A DNA stretch of 64,000 nucleotides. It comes from a virus. Of this stretch, positions 27,437 to 38,331 are shown piece by piece. How positions within the stretch are numbered: position 1 is the stretch's first letter; every line of letters begins with the position of its first letter. The translations under genes and the position numbers were made by a program. The notes beneath the pieces were generated by a model. The model did not search any database. It was given only the letters and a program-made list of their open reading frames with translations, and was not told where the DNA came from. The stretch is from IMG/VR virus record IMGVR_UViG_3300025362_000004, positions 59,583 to 123,582 of that record, one strand, 5' to 3'.

Positions 27437-27500
27437 GGTAAAGTTATTGGGAAATAACTACACAAAATTAAGAGCCTAGAACAGGTAGTCTGATTGCCAC
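27437..27500 (+). promoter_or_regulatory. c-di-GMP-I (GEMM-I) riboswitch
   Basis: GGTAAA-stem-GNRA-stem-ACACAAAA...GCCTA..AGGTAG...TTGCC, between a promoter and an ORF. Confidence 0.75.
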
Positions 27501-27531
27501 TTTAAATCAAAAAACTTAAAGGTGGTTTAAA

Positions 27532-28005
27532 ATGAAAAATTTAAAAAGAAAACTTATTGCGACATTCACAGTAATGATGTTTGCCTTACTGGCAACAATT
27601 GGAACAACTTATGCTTACTGGAATTACTTTGTACATACAGAGTCTAGTATTACAGTAGAAGTTGGAGTAGCCGACAGAATAGTCGTAGCAATTAACACAA
27701 CAGGTGCAGGTGCTTTAGTCCCAGCAGGACAATCTACAGGTGCTGAAGTTGAATCTATTGTATTGACTTATGATGTTTCAGTTACACAAGGTGCAGTTGA
27801 CAGTGGTATTACAACATTATCTGTAACAACAGCAAATGAATCAACAGCATTAGTTAACATCTCTGTTAGCGCGCCAACAACTTTAACAGTGGCTAATCAA
27901 ACAGTTACGGTTACAGTTACATTAGATTCCCCAGCAGACCAAGCGGCTTATGATGCTTTAATTGCAGCTGGGATTACATTCGACTTAGTTTTTACTATAG
28001 CGTAA
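27532..28005 (+). CDS. secreted TasA/SipW-signal-like protein
   Basis: Signal peptide ending GTTYAYW. Confidence 0.7.
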   Translation: MKNLKRKLIATFTVMMFALLATIGTTYAYWNYFVHTESSITVEVGVADRIVVAINTTGAGALVPAGQSTGAEVESIVLTYDVSVTQGAVDSGITTLSVTTANESTALVNISVSAPTTLTVANQTVTVTVTLDSPADQAAYDALIAAGITFDLVFTIA

Positions 28006-28013
28006 GTCAGAAT

Positions 28014-28283
28014 ATGGCGAAAAGAATAGCAATCATTTGGCTTGTTATTGGAATGTTATTCCTAATGGGGATAAATCAAACTTACGCATATTCTTGGAAT
28101 ATATTACAAGAAACAAAAGCTAGTCAAATAACAGTTGGAGCATGGGATTATGCGCCTCAATGGAATTCTACAACAACTTACTTAAGGGGAGATATCGTAG
28201 AATATAATGGAATTAAATATGAGGCTAAAAAAACTAGTACAAACCAATTACCAACGAACAATAAATATTGGAGAACAGTTTAA
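28014..28283 (+). CDS. secreted protein with CBM5/12 carbohydrate-binding module
   Basis: Signal peptide; W....Y..GD.V.YNG..Y.A......P....W. Confidence 0.8.
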   Translation: MAKRIAIIWLVIGMLFLMGINQTYAYSWNILQETKASQITVGAWDYAPQWNSTTTYLRGDIVEYNGIKYEAKKTSTNQLPTNNKYWRTV

Positions 28284-28385
28284 TACGAACGCGGTTACCT
28301 TCGGGATAGCCGCATTTTGTTATTTAGATTTGATTATTTTTATAATCTATGTTATAATATAAGTATAAGAAAGGAGAATTATAAA

Positions 28386-28685
28386 ATGAAAAAATGGATT
28401 TTAGATACTTTATTTGCTTTAACACATATCCAACATTGGGTTAGGAATCATTCAACAAGTAAAGAGTTAGACAAGTGGTTTAACAAGGAAATAGAAAAAG
28501 GAACAAAGTTTAAAAGAGTTTATATATACGATACTTTAGATGAATACTGTGCGGAATTTGCTGGAATAGACTTATGGATAAAAAATATACCTTATGCTTG
28601 TTTTGTTATTAATGGTTTTATGCCAAAAAGAAGAACAGTCAATAAACTACAAAGGTTATTAATGGAGAGTTCATTAGATGTATAA
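28386..28685 (+). CDS. hypothetical protein
   Basis: Promoter and AGGAG RBS. Confidence 0.7.
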   Translation: MKKWILDTLFALTHIQHWVRNHSTSKELDKWFNKEIEKGTKFKRVYIYDTLDEYCAEFAGIDLWIKNIPYACFVINGFMPKRRTVNKLQRLLMESSLDV

Positions 28686-29061
28686 AAATGTATTTACATA
28701 TGAACCACATAAATACACATTAGCATTTATAGACTTAAACGGAACTATCTCGGGTGACCTTATGAAACAAATTAAATACCGCCAACCAAAAGTTATAGAA
28801 AAAATGCATAATTTTATTTCTTCTGTAGAACTTTCTATAGGCGATAACTTTACTATAGATGATTATGTATTTATAATTTCTCGTAAACACTACCGTAATA
28901 AAACAAATCTAATATTAACAGAAAAGGCTCTTGAGGATTTAACTTTTAATCATATGAAAACAACTCTTGAAAATTTTCCAGAATTAAAACCATTATTAGA
29001 TAAATTCAATATTGAAATTTATGAAACTTCGGAATGGGGAGTTTGGGATAAACGTGACTAA
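28678..29061 (+). CDS. hypothetical protein
   Basis: Overlapping ORF. Confidence 0.7.
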   Translation: MYKNVFTYEPHKYTLAFIDLNGTISGDLMKQIKYRQPKVIEKMHNFISSVELSIGDNFTIDDYVFIISRKHYRNKTNLILTEKALEDLTFNHMKTTLENFPELKPLLDKFNIEIYETSEWGVWDKRD

Positions 29062-29285
29062 AATATCACATAAATATTCTTTTTTTATTCCAAAGTTGAC
29101 AATTTTTTAAAATCGTAGTATAATATTAATGTAAAGATAAGAAATGCGGCGAAATTTAAACAAAAGAGCGAATATTTTATATTTCGGCAAAACACGTAAA
29201 TTTCCGTCGTACCCCCGAACTGGCAGTACCAGTTTTGGTATGGGTCAAATAGGGCGGCGCCGCAGATTTAGTCTTTATTTTTATT

Positions 29286-29363
29286 GGGAGTATAGTGTCA
29301 ACTGGACAGCACGTCGGCCTTCAAACCCGTACAGCCCCAGTTCAATTCTGGGTACTCCTGCCA
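29286..29363 (+). tRNA. tRNA-Trp(TCA), opal-reading
   Basis: CTTCAAA loop, G73, class I fold, mismatched anticodon stem. Confidence 0.8.
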
Positions 29364-29396
29364 ATATTACTGTCAAAGCGACGAGGGCGATACAAC

Positions 29397-29906
29397 ATGG
29401 ATATTTGATTAATAATAGGAACAATAACTGGGCTTTTAGTAGGTATTACAGGGCTTTTAACATACTTTGAACATAGACGAGATGCAAAAGAGAATAAAAG
29501 AAAAAAAGCTACAATTGAAAAACAAGAGGAATTTAAAAAAGAAATAATAAATGAAGTAACTCATAGAACTGCTGAAGAAAGAGAAAGTTGTTTAGAAGAG
29601 AAATTGATCGATTATCTTGATAAAAAAACATACACTGAAAGACATGAAGAAGTTATTAAAGAAATACATAAATTATCAGGACAATTAACCAAACACTACT
29701 CAGAATCAATAGAAACAGAAAGACAAAGATTGGCTTCTGAAATAATTAATTTTGCAGAAGATATAAAAAATAAATTGCCAAAATCTTCAGTCGCATATGA
29801 ACATATACATATATGTTATAAACGATATAAAGATATTGGTGGAAATCATTATATAGATAAAGTGTTTGAATATATACAAAATAGCATGGGTGAAGATGAT
29901 GTTTAA
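29397..29906 (+). CDS. holin-like single-TM coiled-coil protein, TGA=Trp at codon 4
   Basis: MDI*LIIGTITGLLVGITGLLTYF, in frame with ORF 29604-29906. Confidence 0.65.
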
Positions 29907-30300
29907 AATTATTAGTTTTATCTGACAATTACCACAGAACTTAATAGGATTATTTTTATACTTGGTATTTGGAACTGCGAAACGCTATAAATATAAAGGA
30001 AAATATGTAGCTCATGCTAAAACAAACAAATGAGGTGCAATAAGTTTAGGAATGTTTATTATTTTCTTTGCTGATTACGGCGATGGAGAATATTATACAA
30101 ATACAATAAATCATGAATATGGACATACAAAGCAATCAAAAATGTTAGGTCCATTTTATTTGTTAATAGTTGGATTACCTTCAATAATTTGAGCTAGTTG
30201 TTTTAAAGGGTATAGGGTGTCTACGGGCGCAAGCTACTACTGATTTTATACAGAGCATTGAGCTGATAAATTAGGTGGAGTTTCCCGCTGTAAAAAATAA
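29899..30300 (+). CDS. membrane-associated HExxH (zincin-like) protein, 5 TGA=Trp
   Basis: I*QLPQNLIG...NHEYGHTKQS..LGP.Y; TGA at 29923, 30031, 30190, 30241, 30259. Confidence 0.8.
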
Positions 30301-30386
30301 CAATACGAAAAGCAAGTTTATGAAATTTGCTTTTTTTTATAATTTATGGTATAATATATATATAAGATATGGAAATGGAGGTATTT

Positions 30387-30962
30387 ATGTTAGTTTTATT
30401 TAAAAATATGAAACAAGATAATATACTCGTTTTCGATGCCGAATATAATGAAGGAGACTTAATTCAATTTGCTGGGATATTATTTCGGAAAATAGAAGAA
30501 GATATTTTTCAAGTTCATAAATCAATTAATTTCTATGTAAAGTTAGATGGAACAAAAATTAATTATTTTATAGAACGATTTACTGGTATTACAGACGAGT
30601 ATTTAGAAGAAGAAGGGATTAACCTTTCAGAAGCAAAAGAAAAAATAGATGAGTTATTAAGAGAATCTAATAACACATTAATAGTTAGCCACGGATTATA
30701 TAACGATAGATTAACTTTAGAGAATAATGGTATCGATTTTTATGAAATGGAAGAATGCGTTACAGGACTATGTACATATAATATGTCCAAAAGAATATTA
30801 AAAAGAGATAATCATTTAAAATTAGAAGATGTTGCAAGTGAAGCGGGGATCTTCCTTTCACGCAAGCATAATGCTTTTGATGACACCTGGGCAACGGTTG
30901 CGGTTTTTAGCCTATTGTGTAAACTTGATGCGGAGGAAACAGATGAAAAAAGTATTTTATAA
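30387..30962 (+). CDS. DEDDh 3'-5' exonuclease
   Basis: FDAE, SHG...D, HNAFDD. Confidence 0.85.
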   Translation: MLVLFKNMKQDNILVFDAEYNEGDLIQFAGILFRKIEEDIFQVHKSINFYVKLDGTKINYFIERFTGITDEYLEEEGINLSEAKEKIDELLRESNNTLIVSHGLYNDRLTLENNGIDFYEMEECVTGLCTYNMSKRILKRDNHLKLEDVASEAGIFLSRKHNAFDDTWATVAVFSLLCKLDAEETDEKSIL

Positions 30963-31392
30963 TTATGATAAGATGGATTTAGAACGAAGAAAATCCTATA
31001 AAAAGGTAGTTTTCAATTTGAATGTTCCGAACTTTTATGGAATGGAATTTTTTCAAGAGATTGATAAAAAGATAATAGAGTTTATAAATGAACTAGATAA
31101 AAATGAGCCAACAGTAATCCAAATAGTTGGTGATTTTAGTTTGGTTAAAAATGAAGAGCCAGCAGATATTGAGGATTTTTTAACTTCAATCGTGGCTCTA
31201 TTTATTTCTGCCATTCATATTAAAACGGAAAAATCAGATAGGGAGCATAGATTGGCAGTACCTCAAAAGTTAGCCAATATAAATCTGCCCTATACTTCAA
31301 AATTAAAAATAATAAATTATAAATTAAGACTTCCGATCTTTACGATAGAAATCTTAAATGAAAAGCAAGAAATTTTGCTAAAAATATTTTAG
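30943..31392 (+). CDS. hypothetical protein
   Basis: GGAGG RBS. Confidence 0.7.
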   Translation: MKKVFYNYDKMDLERRKSYKKVVFNLNVPNFYGMEFFQEIDKKIIEFINELDKNEPTVIQIVGDFSLVKNEEPADIEDFLTSIVALFISAIHIKTEKSDREHRLAVPQKLANINLPYTSKLKIINYKLRLPIFTIEILNEKQEILLKIF

Positions 31393-31400
31393 GTGATATA

Positions 31401-31892
31401 ATGAAAATATTATTATTAACAACTGTTGAGCCAACTCAAGCGGCTATAGACTATAGAGAATTAACTGATGTAATAGATATTAAAAATATTAGTTTAATTT
31501 CAATACCATTTTTTGCTGAGATTGATTCAATGAATAATGGGAGATTATATCTTCCTACTTTATTTGCAATGTATAAAGCAATGACAGATAAACCAACTCA
31601 AAAAAAGATATTTGATAAAAGGCATACATTGATTATTGGGAACTCATATAAGAGTGAGAAGTTTGATATGATTATATCTTTAGGTGATTCTTCAGAAGAT
31701 ACCTATACAAAAATGATAAGAGATTCACAAGAATATAAAGAGTTTAATTTATTAGTAGAAGCAGAAAAATTATACGACTGGCAAGATGCAGAGTTAAACT
31801 TTCCTACAATAAGACACGTCATACTATTTTTAGAAGGAGTTATAAAAGATGGAACAATTCAACGAAAAGCAAAAACTAGCAATACAATGTAA
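31401..31892 (+). CDS. hypothetical protein
   Basis: AGGTG RBS. Confidence 0.7.
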   Translation: MKILLLTTVEPTQAAIDYRELTDVIDIKNISLISIPFFAEIDSMNNGRLYLPTLFAMYKAMTDKPTQKKIFDKRHTLIIGNSYKSEKFDMIISLGDSSEDTYTKMIRDSQEYKEFNLLVEAEKLYDWQDAELNFPTIRHVILFLEGVIKDGTIQRKAKTSNTM

Positions 31893-33117
31893 TGAAACAG
31901 AAATAGTTATTATCGCGCCTGCGGGAAGTGGTAAGACTACAACACTTGTTGGCGCAATTACAAGATATAAAAATGAAAATCCTGATTCAAAAGTAGTGGC
32001 TATTACATTCACCCGTAAAGCCGCAGAGGATTTATCAAATAAATTAATGGAATATACTAATATAAGAACGTCAACTATTCATAGTTGGGCTTATACAGAA
32101 TTAGATATATTATCAAAAAGAGTTTCAAAAGAGTTTCCTCAAAATACTTTTAAAGTAAAATTGTTAGAGGAAGATAGAATTAAAGAAATACTTAATAGTA
32201 TCATTAAAAATAGAGGTTATAAATACTTAAATATGTATCAATTATATAGTTATGTTATGGGTAATTATAATATTGAGGTTAATGATAAACTAAAAAGAGT
32301 ATTTCAGTCAGTAAAAGATAGTTATGTAGCGTATAAAGAAGATAATGGTTTATATGATTTCACAGATTTACCACAATACTTACTTGATAAGTTAAATGAC
32401 TACGGGTTAAACATTGAAAAAATAGATGCATTATTTGTTGATGAGTTTCAAGACGTAGATGAAACACAATTAGAATTATTTAATCGTGTTCCTGCGCAAA
32501 AGAAGTTTTATATTGGAGACCCACAGCAAGCAATTTATATTTTTAGAGGTGCTACTCCAGATGTTTTAGATAAGTTAGATGATTTTAAAACACACGATTT
32601 GAATATAAATTACAGAAGTTATCAAGAGATTGTAGACTTCGCAAGCAGTGTTCAAGATAAAGCAATGATTCAAGGAGTAAATTTCACTATTGAAAAAGAA
32701 TCATCAAGAAGTAATATTGAATGTATTAAAGGATATGGTGGAAATGTTTATACTCTTAATGCTTCTGGAGATGCATATAAAGTAAATGAGTATATAAGAG
32801 TAAAAGGCATTGATGTCATACGTGGATTTATTATGAGAAATTCAATGATATTGTGTAGAAAAAATAAAGAAGTAAGAGCAATAAAGAATTTAGGTTATGA
32901 TAATGTTTCAACAATACATCAAGCAAAAGGGTTAGAATACGAAAGTGTTATTATAACAAGTTTCGAACTAGCACCTGGTAATATGGAAGAAATAAATATT
33001 GCATATGTCGGAATGACAAGGGCTGAAGATTATCTATTAGCGGCTGACTACAACGCATTTATATATCTATTACCAAAAATTATGCCAGATTATAAAAAAG
33101 CAAATAGTTTATTTTAG
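31849..33117 (+). CDS. UvrD/REP-like SF1 helicase
   Basis: APAGSGKT, VDEFQD, GDPQQAIY.FRGA, TIHQAKGLE, YVGMTRA. Confidence 0.9.
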   Translation: MEQFNEKQKLAIQCNETEIVIIAPAGSGKTTTLVGAITRYKNENPDSKVVAITFTRKAAEDLSNKLMEYTNIRTSTIHSWAYTELDILSKRVSKEFPQNTFKVKLLEEDRIKEILNSIIKNRGYKYLNMYQLYSYVMGNYNIEVNDKLKRVFQSVKDSYVAYKEDNGLYDFTDLPQYLLDKLNDYGLNIEKIDALFVDEFQDVDETQLELFNRVPAQKKFYIGDPQQAIYIFRGATPDVLDKLDDFKTHDLNINYRSYQEIVDFASSVQDKAMIQGVNFTIEKESSRSNIECIKGYGGNVYTLNASGDAYKVNEYIRVKGIDVIRGFIMRNSMILCRKNKEVRAIKNLGYDNVSTIHQAKGLEYESVIITSFELAPGNMEEINIAYVGMTRAEDYLLAADYNAFIYLLPKIMPDYKKANSLF

Positions 33118-33130
33118 AAGGAGAAAGAAA

Positions 33131-34219
33131 ATGAAGATAAGTAAAGAAGAATTTAGAACAACTTACTGGAATATGCCTGCCATGAAATACTATGAAGGAG
33201 ATTTATCAAAACAAAAAGCATTAGATATGATAGATAATAACAATAATAATTGTGTTGCTATGGTTAAGTGGGATGGCGAATGGAATATGTCTATTATTGA
33301 TGAAGATGAAACATTAATGAGAGGTCGTAATAAAACTGTTAGCGGCGACTATAAGAATCGCGCAGATTGGTTACCACATATAACTAAACAACTACAATCT
33401 ATTTTTCCTTCTGGAACAGTTTTCTTAGGAGAGGTATCATTTAATGACATAACTAAAACGTCTAAAGACGTTGGAACAATAATGAGATGTAATGTTAGTA
33501 AAGCATTAGAGCGACAACAAAGAGGCCCATTATCATTCCATATTTTTGATTGTCTATGTTATGATTATGAAGACCTTCGGAAAAAAACATTTGAAGAAAG
33601 AATCCAAGTGGTCTACGATAACTATAAGCAAGTAATAGATTATATTTATCCCGTTGCTATTGTAAAAGAAAATTTTATGGATTTTGCAGAAAAAGTTTGG
33701 GCTAAAGGTGGAGAAGGAGTTCTTGTTATTAAAAGGAACGAACCTTATAGAGCTGGCTCAAGAAAAGCTTGGTCAAGTCTAAAATTGAAAAAGAAACTTG
33801 GAGAAATTAAAGTAAAAGTAATAGACCTTATTGAACCAAATAGAGACCACGAGGGAACTAGTGGAGAAGCTTGGCAATACTGGTTAATACAAAAGAACAT
33901 TAATTTCGGTGAAGTTGGTAGAGCTATTTGGATAGATGAAGAATTTTGTAAAACACGCAAAATGATTAAAGACCCATTCCATAGAACTTTACCTGTAACT
34001 AAGCCATACTGGAATAAATGGAAAAATGGTGTTTTAGTTGAACATGAAGGAAATAGAATTAGAGTAGCGTCTGGATTAGACGATGCAACTAGAGAATGGC
34101 TAGCAACGCCTGAAGCGGCTGAATTGCTAGAGAAAGAAGAATTATTCGTAAATATAACTGGCATGGAAATTACTGACGACAGTATCAGACATCCAGTATT
34201 TTTAGGAGTTATAAAATAA
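33131..34219 (+). CDS. ATP-dependent DNA ligase
   Basis: KWDG, FHIFD, EGVL, W..LKLK, RHPVF. Confidence 0.85.
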   Translation: MKISKEEFRTTYWNMPAMKYYEGDLSKQKALDMIDNNNNNCVAMVKWDGEWNMSIIDEDETLMRGRNKTVSGDYKNRADWLPHITKQLQSIFPSGTVFLGEVSFNDITKTSKDVGTIMRCNVSKALERQQRGPLSFHIFDCLCYDYEDLRKKTFEERIQVVYDNYKQVIDYIYPVAIVKENFMDFAEKVWAKGGEGVLVIKRNEPYRAGSRKAWSSLKLKKKLGEIKVKVIDLIEPNRDHEGTSGEAWQYWLIQKNINFGEVGRAIWIDEEFCKTRKMIKDPFHRTLPVTKPYWNKWKNGVLVEHEGNRIRVASGLDDATREWLATPEAAELLEKEELFVNITGMEITDDSIRHPVFLGVIK

Positions 34220-34233
34220 ATACGAGGTGTATA

Positions 34234-36747
34234 ATGCAAGTTAAAAAAAGAAATGGAGAACTTGAAGATTTTAATTTAATGAAAATCGCCAAGGCAGTAT
34301 ATAGAGCAAGGCTTGATGCGGGTTATGAAAAAGACTTAGAGCGTTGCGTTGATGAAGCAAAAATAATCATGAAAGATATTGTTAATGGTAAAACTTTAGA
34401 TATTGAAACAATTCAAGATGAGATAGAAAAGTATTTTATTAAAAATGATGATATAGAAGTATTTAAACTTTTCACTTTCTATCGTGAAAAAAGACGACAA
34501 GACAGAGCTAATCCATGAGCCAATAATGACGAGCGTCAAGATTTAATACTTCAAAAATATTTACTTCCAACAGAAACTAAAAAGGAATTTTTAGATAGAA
34601 TATCACTTGGGAGAACAGACCTTCTTAAGATTTTTAGAAATCGAGAGGGTATTTGAGGTGGAAGAAACCTTTTTGCGATAGGTAGAGACGGTAATATTAC
34701 TGGTTCTAATTGTTATGTTGCTGAAAATCCAACAGATAGTTTAGAGGATATTTATAGAGTAGCTTTTGATATTGCTAAAACTTATAGTTATGGTGGTGGA
34801 CAAGGTATGAACTTATCTAATCTTAGACCTAAGGGCGCTAAAGTAAATAATAGTAGTAATACGACACCTGGTGTCATGACTTTTGCAGAGTTATATTCAT
34901 TTATTACTTTACACACACAACAAGAAAGTAGACGTGGAGCACTAATGCTTATGTTAAATATTGACCACCCAGATATAATTGATTTTATTACTTCTAAGCT
35001 AGACTTATCTAAAATTACAGGTGCTAATATTAGCCTTGCGATTACGGATGATTTTATGGAAGCATATAATAATAATAAAGATTGAAATTTAACTTTTGAA
35101 ACGCCTTATGAGATGATAGTAAAAACTGTAAATGCAAGAGATTTAATGCATTTAATTAGTTACTCAGCTCATACAATGGGAGACCCAGGATTCATTTACA
35201 TTGATAATGTTAATAATTATCATTTATTAAGTGAATATGATGAAGTAGAATTTACAGCTACAAACCCGTGTGGTGAACTGCTTGCCTCACATTAAACATC
35301 GAGCAATATCGGTGAAGGCTTAACTGCTAATACCGAGATAAGTTACACTTTAATAGGTGTAACCATCGTAACGCATAGATAATGAAACTTTTGATACACC
35401 GCGTGCGGCGATCCGGACTGGTTCAAAAGAATATAATTTATCCACGAGTGCTCGATATATAATCCCCTACGGATTATATAAAAATATATGCTGACCTACC
35501 AGATGAATAAATCTGGAAAGCCGCGTCTAATTGTCATACGACAGTGGTTGAACGAAAGTTCTAGAAGTAGAGAATAAAAAGTCTTTACGATAACAATAAA
35601 GGAGCAACCTTTAATGGCAAATGGTTCATGCAACCTCGGAAGTATTAACTTAAATGCTTTTGTAAGAAAAAATTTTACTGAAGAGGCGTATTTTGATTCT
35701 GGAAGATTTATTGAAGTAGTTAAATCTATGATTAGTGGATTAGATGAATTATTAGATATAATGGGTGAAAGACATGCATTGGCATCTCAAAGAGAACATG
35801 TTATAGAATGGCGTGAAGTTGGATTAGGAGTTATGGGACTTGCTGATTTAGCTTTAAGTATGGGATTAGGATATGGAACATCTGAATTTATTAAAGTTCT
35901 TGATGTGATTATGTCTACAATGGCTAATGCGGCGGCGCAAGCGTCGGTTGAATTAGCGGTAGAAAAAGGAACATTCCCGAAATATGATTATGAAAAGATT
36001 TCTAGTTCAAGGTTCTTTAATGAAGTCTATTCAGAAGAAACAAAAAATATGATACAAGAGTATGGTTTAAGAAATAGTAGATTACTAAGTATTGCACCAA
36101 CTGGTAGTATATCAAATATTATTGGAGTTAGTGGCGGCGTTGAGCCTTATTTTATGCTTGGCTATCAAAGAACTATTAAGTCTATGTTCGAGGATGAAAA
36201 GACAATTTGAATTTACGAAAAAACTCCGTTAAAAATGATGAAGTATTTCAAACTTGAAAATCATTATGATTTACCTGATTGGGCTAAAATAACTTCACAG
36301 AATATTAATGTTAATTCAAGATTAAAAGTTCAAGAGACTATTCAAAAATATGTTGATACAGCAATTTCTTCAACATTTAATTTACCTAATGATGCTACAA
36401 CTGGAGATGTCGAAGGTATTTATAAAAGCGCTTGGGCTAGAGGAATTAAAGGAGTTACAGTATTTAGAGATAACTGTAAAAAAATTGGTATTCTTACAGG
36501 TGGTGGAGATAGTTTTGATAAACATCCTGCGGAAAAACCATCAATGGTTATTAAAGAGCTATGATATAATAAAGCGACTCAAGAAGAAAAACAATTTATT
36601 ACTAATATCCAAATAGGAGAAAGTGATTATCAAGTTGAAAAAATTGGTTTAGAATATTGTCCAGAGTGTGGTAGTCATTTAGTTAAAAAGAATGGCTGTA
36701 CTCAATGTAGTAGTAACGATTGCGACTACGAGAAGTGTGGAATATAA
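34234..36747 (+). CDS. nrdJ: class II ribonucleotide reductase with ATP-cone; join 34234-35274 and 35602-36747; 5 TGA=Trp
   Basis: VKKRNG ATP cone, SNC, TNPCG|EQPL, CNLGSIN, SIAPTG, C-terminal Zn ribbon; TGA at 34516, 34654, 35083, 36208, 36562. Confidence 0.9.
35275..35601 (+). mobile_element. group I intron without homing endonuclease in nrdJ
   Basis: Splits NPCG|EQPL; 5' exon ends in U, intron ends in G; guide sequence pairs both exons; AATATCGGTGAA/AATACCGAG, CGTAACG, ATATGCTGAC core motifs. Confidence 0.85.
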
Positions 36748-37061
36748 TGGATTTAGATAAAAGCTCTTTAAAGAGAGCCAGTCAAAATCAAAAATTTATT
36801 CTTGACTTTTATGCAGACTGGTGTAAAGGGTGTCAAAAAATAAAACCAATCCTTGAAGAAGAACAAGAAGTTAGTAAAGATATTAGATTTATTTATATTA
36901 ACGTTGATGACTTTGATAAAGAATTGTTAAAAAAACAATTTGGAGTCATAGCAATTCCTAACGTTCAATTCTGATACGAGGGCAGAAAAATGGATTTCAC
37001 TGTTGGCTCTGTCGCTGAAGAAAAGATAGTAGGAAAAATAGAGAAGTTTAAACAAAAATAA
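36747..37061 (+). CDS. thioredoxin, TGA=Trp at 36972
   Basis: DFYADWCKGC, cis-Pro IP; fold is complete only with readthrough. Confidence 0.85.
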
Positions 37062-37073
37062 GGAGAGCATATA

Positions 37074-37532
37074 ATGAAAATTATTAATCAAGATATTACT
37101 TTAATTGAAGAAGGGATTATTTGTCATCAAGTTAATACTTGGGGTGTAATGGGTTCGGGGTTGGCAAAGCAAATAAGAGCTAAGTTTCCTGACGTATTCG
37201 AATTCTATAATGGAGTTTGTGATAGAGCACCTAATAAAGACTCATTATTAGGGTCTGGCTTATTAGTTAACGTTAATAAAAAGTTACAAATAGCTAATTT
37301 GTTTGGACAGTCTAATTATGGAACAAAAGGGCAATTCACTGATTACAGTGCGCTTAAGGACGCTTTTGAAGGTGTACTAAGAGAAGCTAATTCAACAGGT
37401 AAAAAAGTTTATGTGCCATTAGGAATGGGTTGTGGACTTGGCGGCGGGAGCTGGATGACAGTCCAAAGAATGATAGAAAATGCCGAAAAAGAATTTAACA
37501 TTGAAGTAATAGTTTGTAGATATACAGTTTAG
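37074..37532 (+). CDS. macrodomain protein
   Basis: HQVN..G.MG.GLA, GMGCGLGGG.W. Confidence 0.9.
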   Translation: MKIINQDITLIEEGIICHQVNTWGVMGSGLAKQIRAKFPDVFEFYNGVCDRAPNKDSLLGSGLLVNVNKKLQIANLFGQSNYGTKGQFTDYSALKDAFEGVLREANSTGKKVYVPLGMGCGLGGGSWMTVQRMIENAEKEFNIEVIVCRYTV

Positions 37533-37553
37533 AACAAAAATAAATATTACGGG

Positions 37554-38210
37554 GTGAGAATTATTAGTGTTGTAGGTGTAACAACTAAAGGCAATAATGA
37601 ACAAGCAGAATTGGTTAGATTGATATTTGAAAACAATAGACCAATTATTTTTGGAACAGGTAATGCGGGGACAGGTAAGACTTTTATAGCCTTAGCTTCA
37701 GCCTTACAGTTAGTAGCGAGAGATAGAAAGTACGGAAAAATTGTATATACTCGTGAGCCTGAAGAAGTGGGTAAGAGCCTTGGCTTTTTACCAGGGGACT
37801 TAGATGAGAAGTTCGAAGTATATATGAGAGGTCTACATGACAATATTGAGCATATTACTGCATATAGCGGCATAGGTAAAATGGAAGCTATGAAGTATAT
37901 TGAATGTGTACCAATCCAATTTCTAAGAGGCGCAAGCTTTGAGAACACTATTGTTATTGTAGATGAAGCACAGAACCTAGAAATGAATAGTATTAAAACT
38001 GTCTTAACAAGGATAGGAAAATATTGTAAAGTCATATTGTTAGGTTCACTTAAACAAATTGATAATAAAGCACAACAGAAAAAACAAAAATGTGATTTTC
38101 AAATCGCATTAGAAAAATTAAGAGGCCAGCCTTTTGCTGGAGAAGTAGAATTAATTGAGAGTATGAGAAGTCCATGGTGCTCAATCATAGATGAAATACT
38201 AAGTGAATAA
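37554..38210 (+). CDS. phoH: PhoH family ATPase
   Basis: GNAGTGKT, GFLPG, FLRG, DEAQN, LTRIG. Confidence 0.9.
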   Translation: MRIISVVGVTTKGNNEQAELVRLIFENNRPIIFGTGNAGTGKTFIALASALQLVARDRKYGKIVYTREPEEVGKSLGFLPGDLDEKFEVYMRGLHDNIEHITAYSGIGKMEAMKYIECVPIQFLRGASFENTIVIVDEAQNLEMNSIKTVLTRIGKYCKVILLGSLKQIDNKAQQKKQKCDFQIALEKLRGQPFAGEVELIESMRSPWCSIIDEILSE

Positions 38211-38331
38211 TTTTTATTTTATAAGAACTAAATAGCTCTAAAACAAGTCAAATTTAAACTGAAATTTGACTTTTTTCATTATTTGTGATATAATATAAGT
38301 ATAAGAAAAGAAAAAGGAGAATTATAACATA

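Noticed and set aside
29286-29363. tRNA-Sec and selenocysteine decoding of TGA
   Set aside because: Class I fold without a long variable arm; the TGA sites fall at Trp-like positions; no sel genes are present
34234-37061. nrdJ, thioredoxin, dUTPase, RuvC-like and tail fragments as pseudogenes
   Set aside because: Apart from the intron, all breaks are in-frame TGA with intact motifs on both sides, which is better explained by recoding
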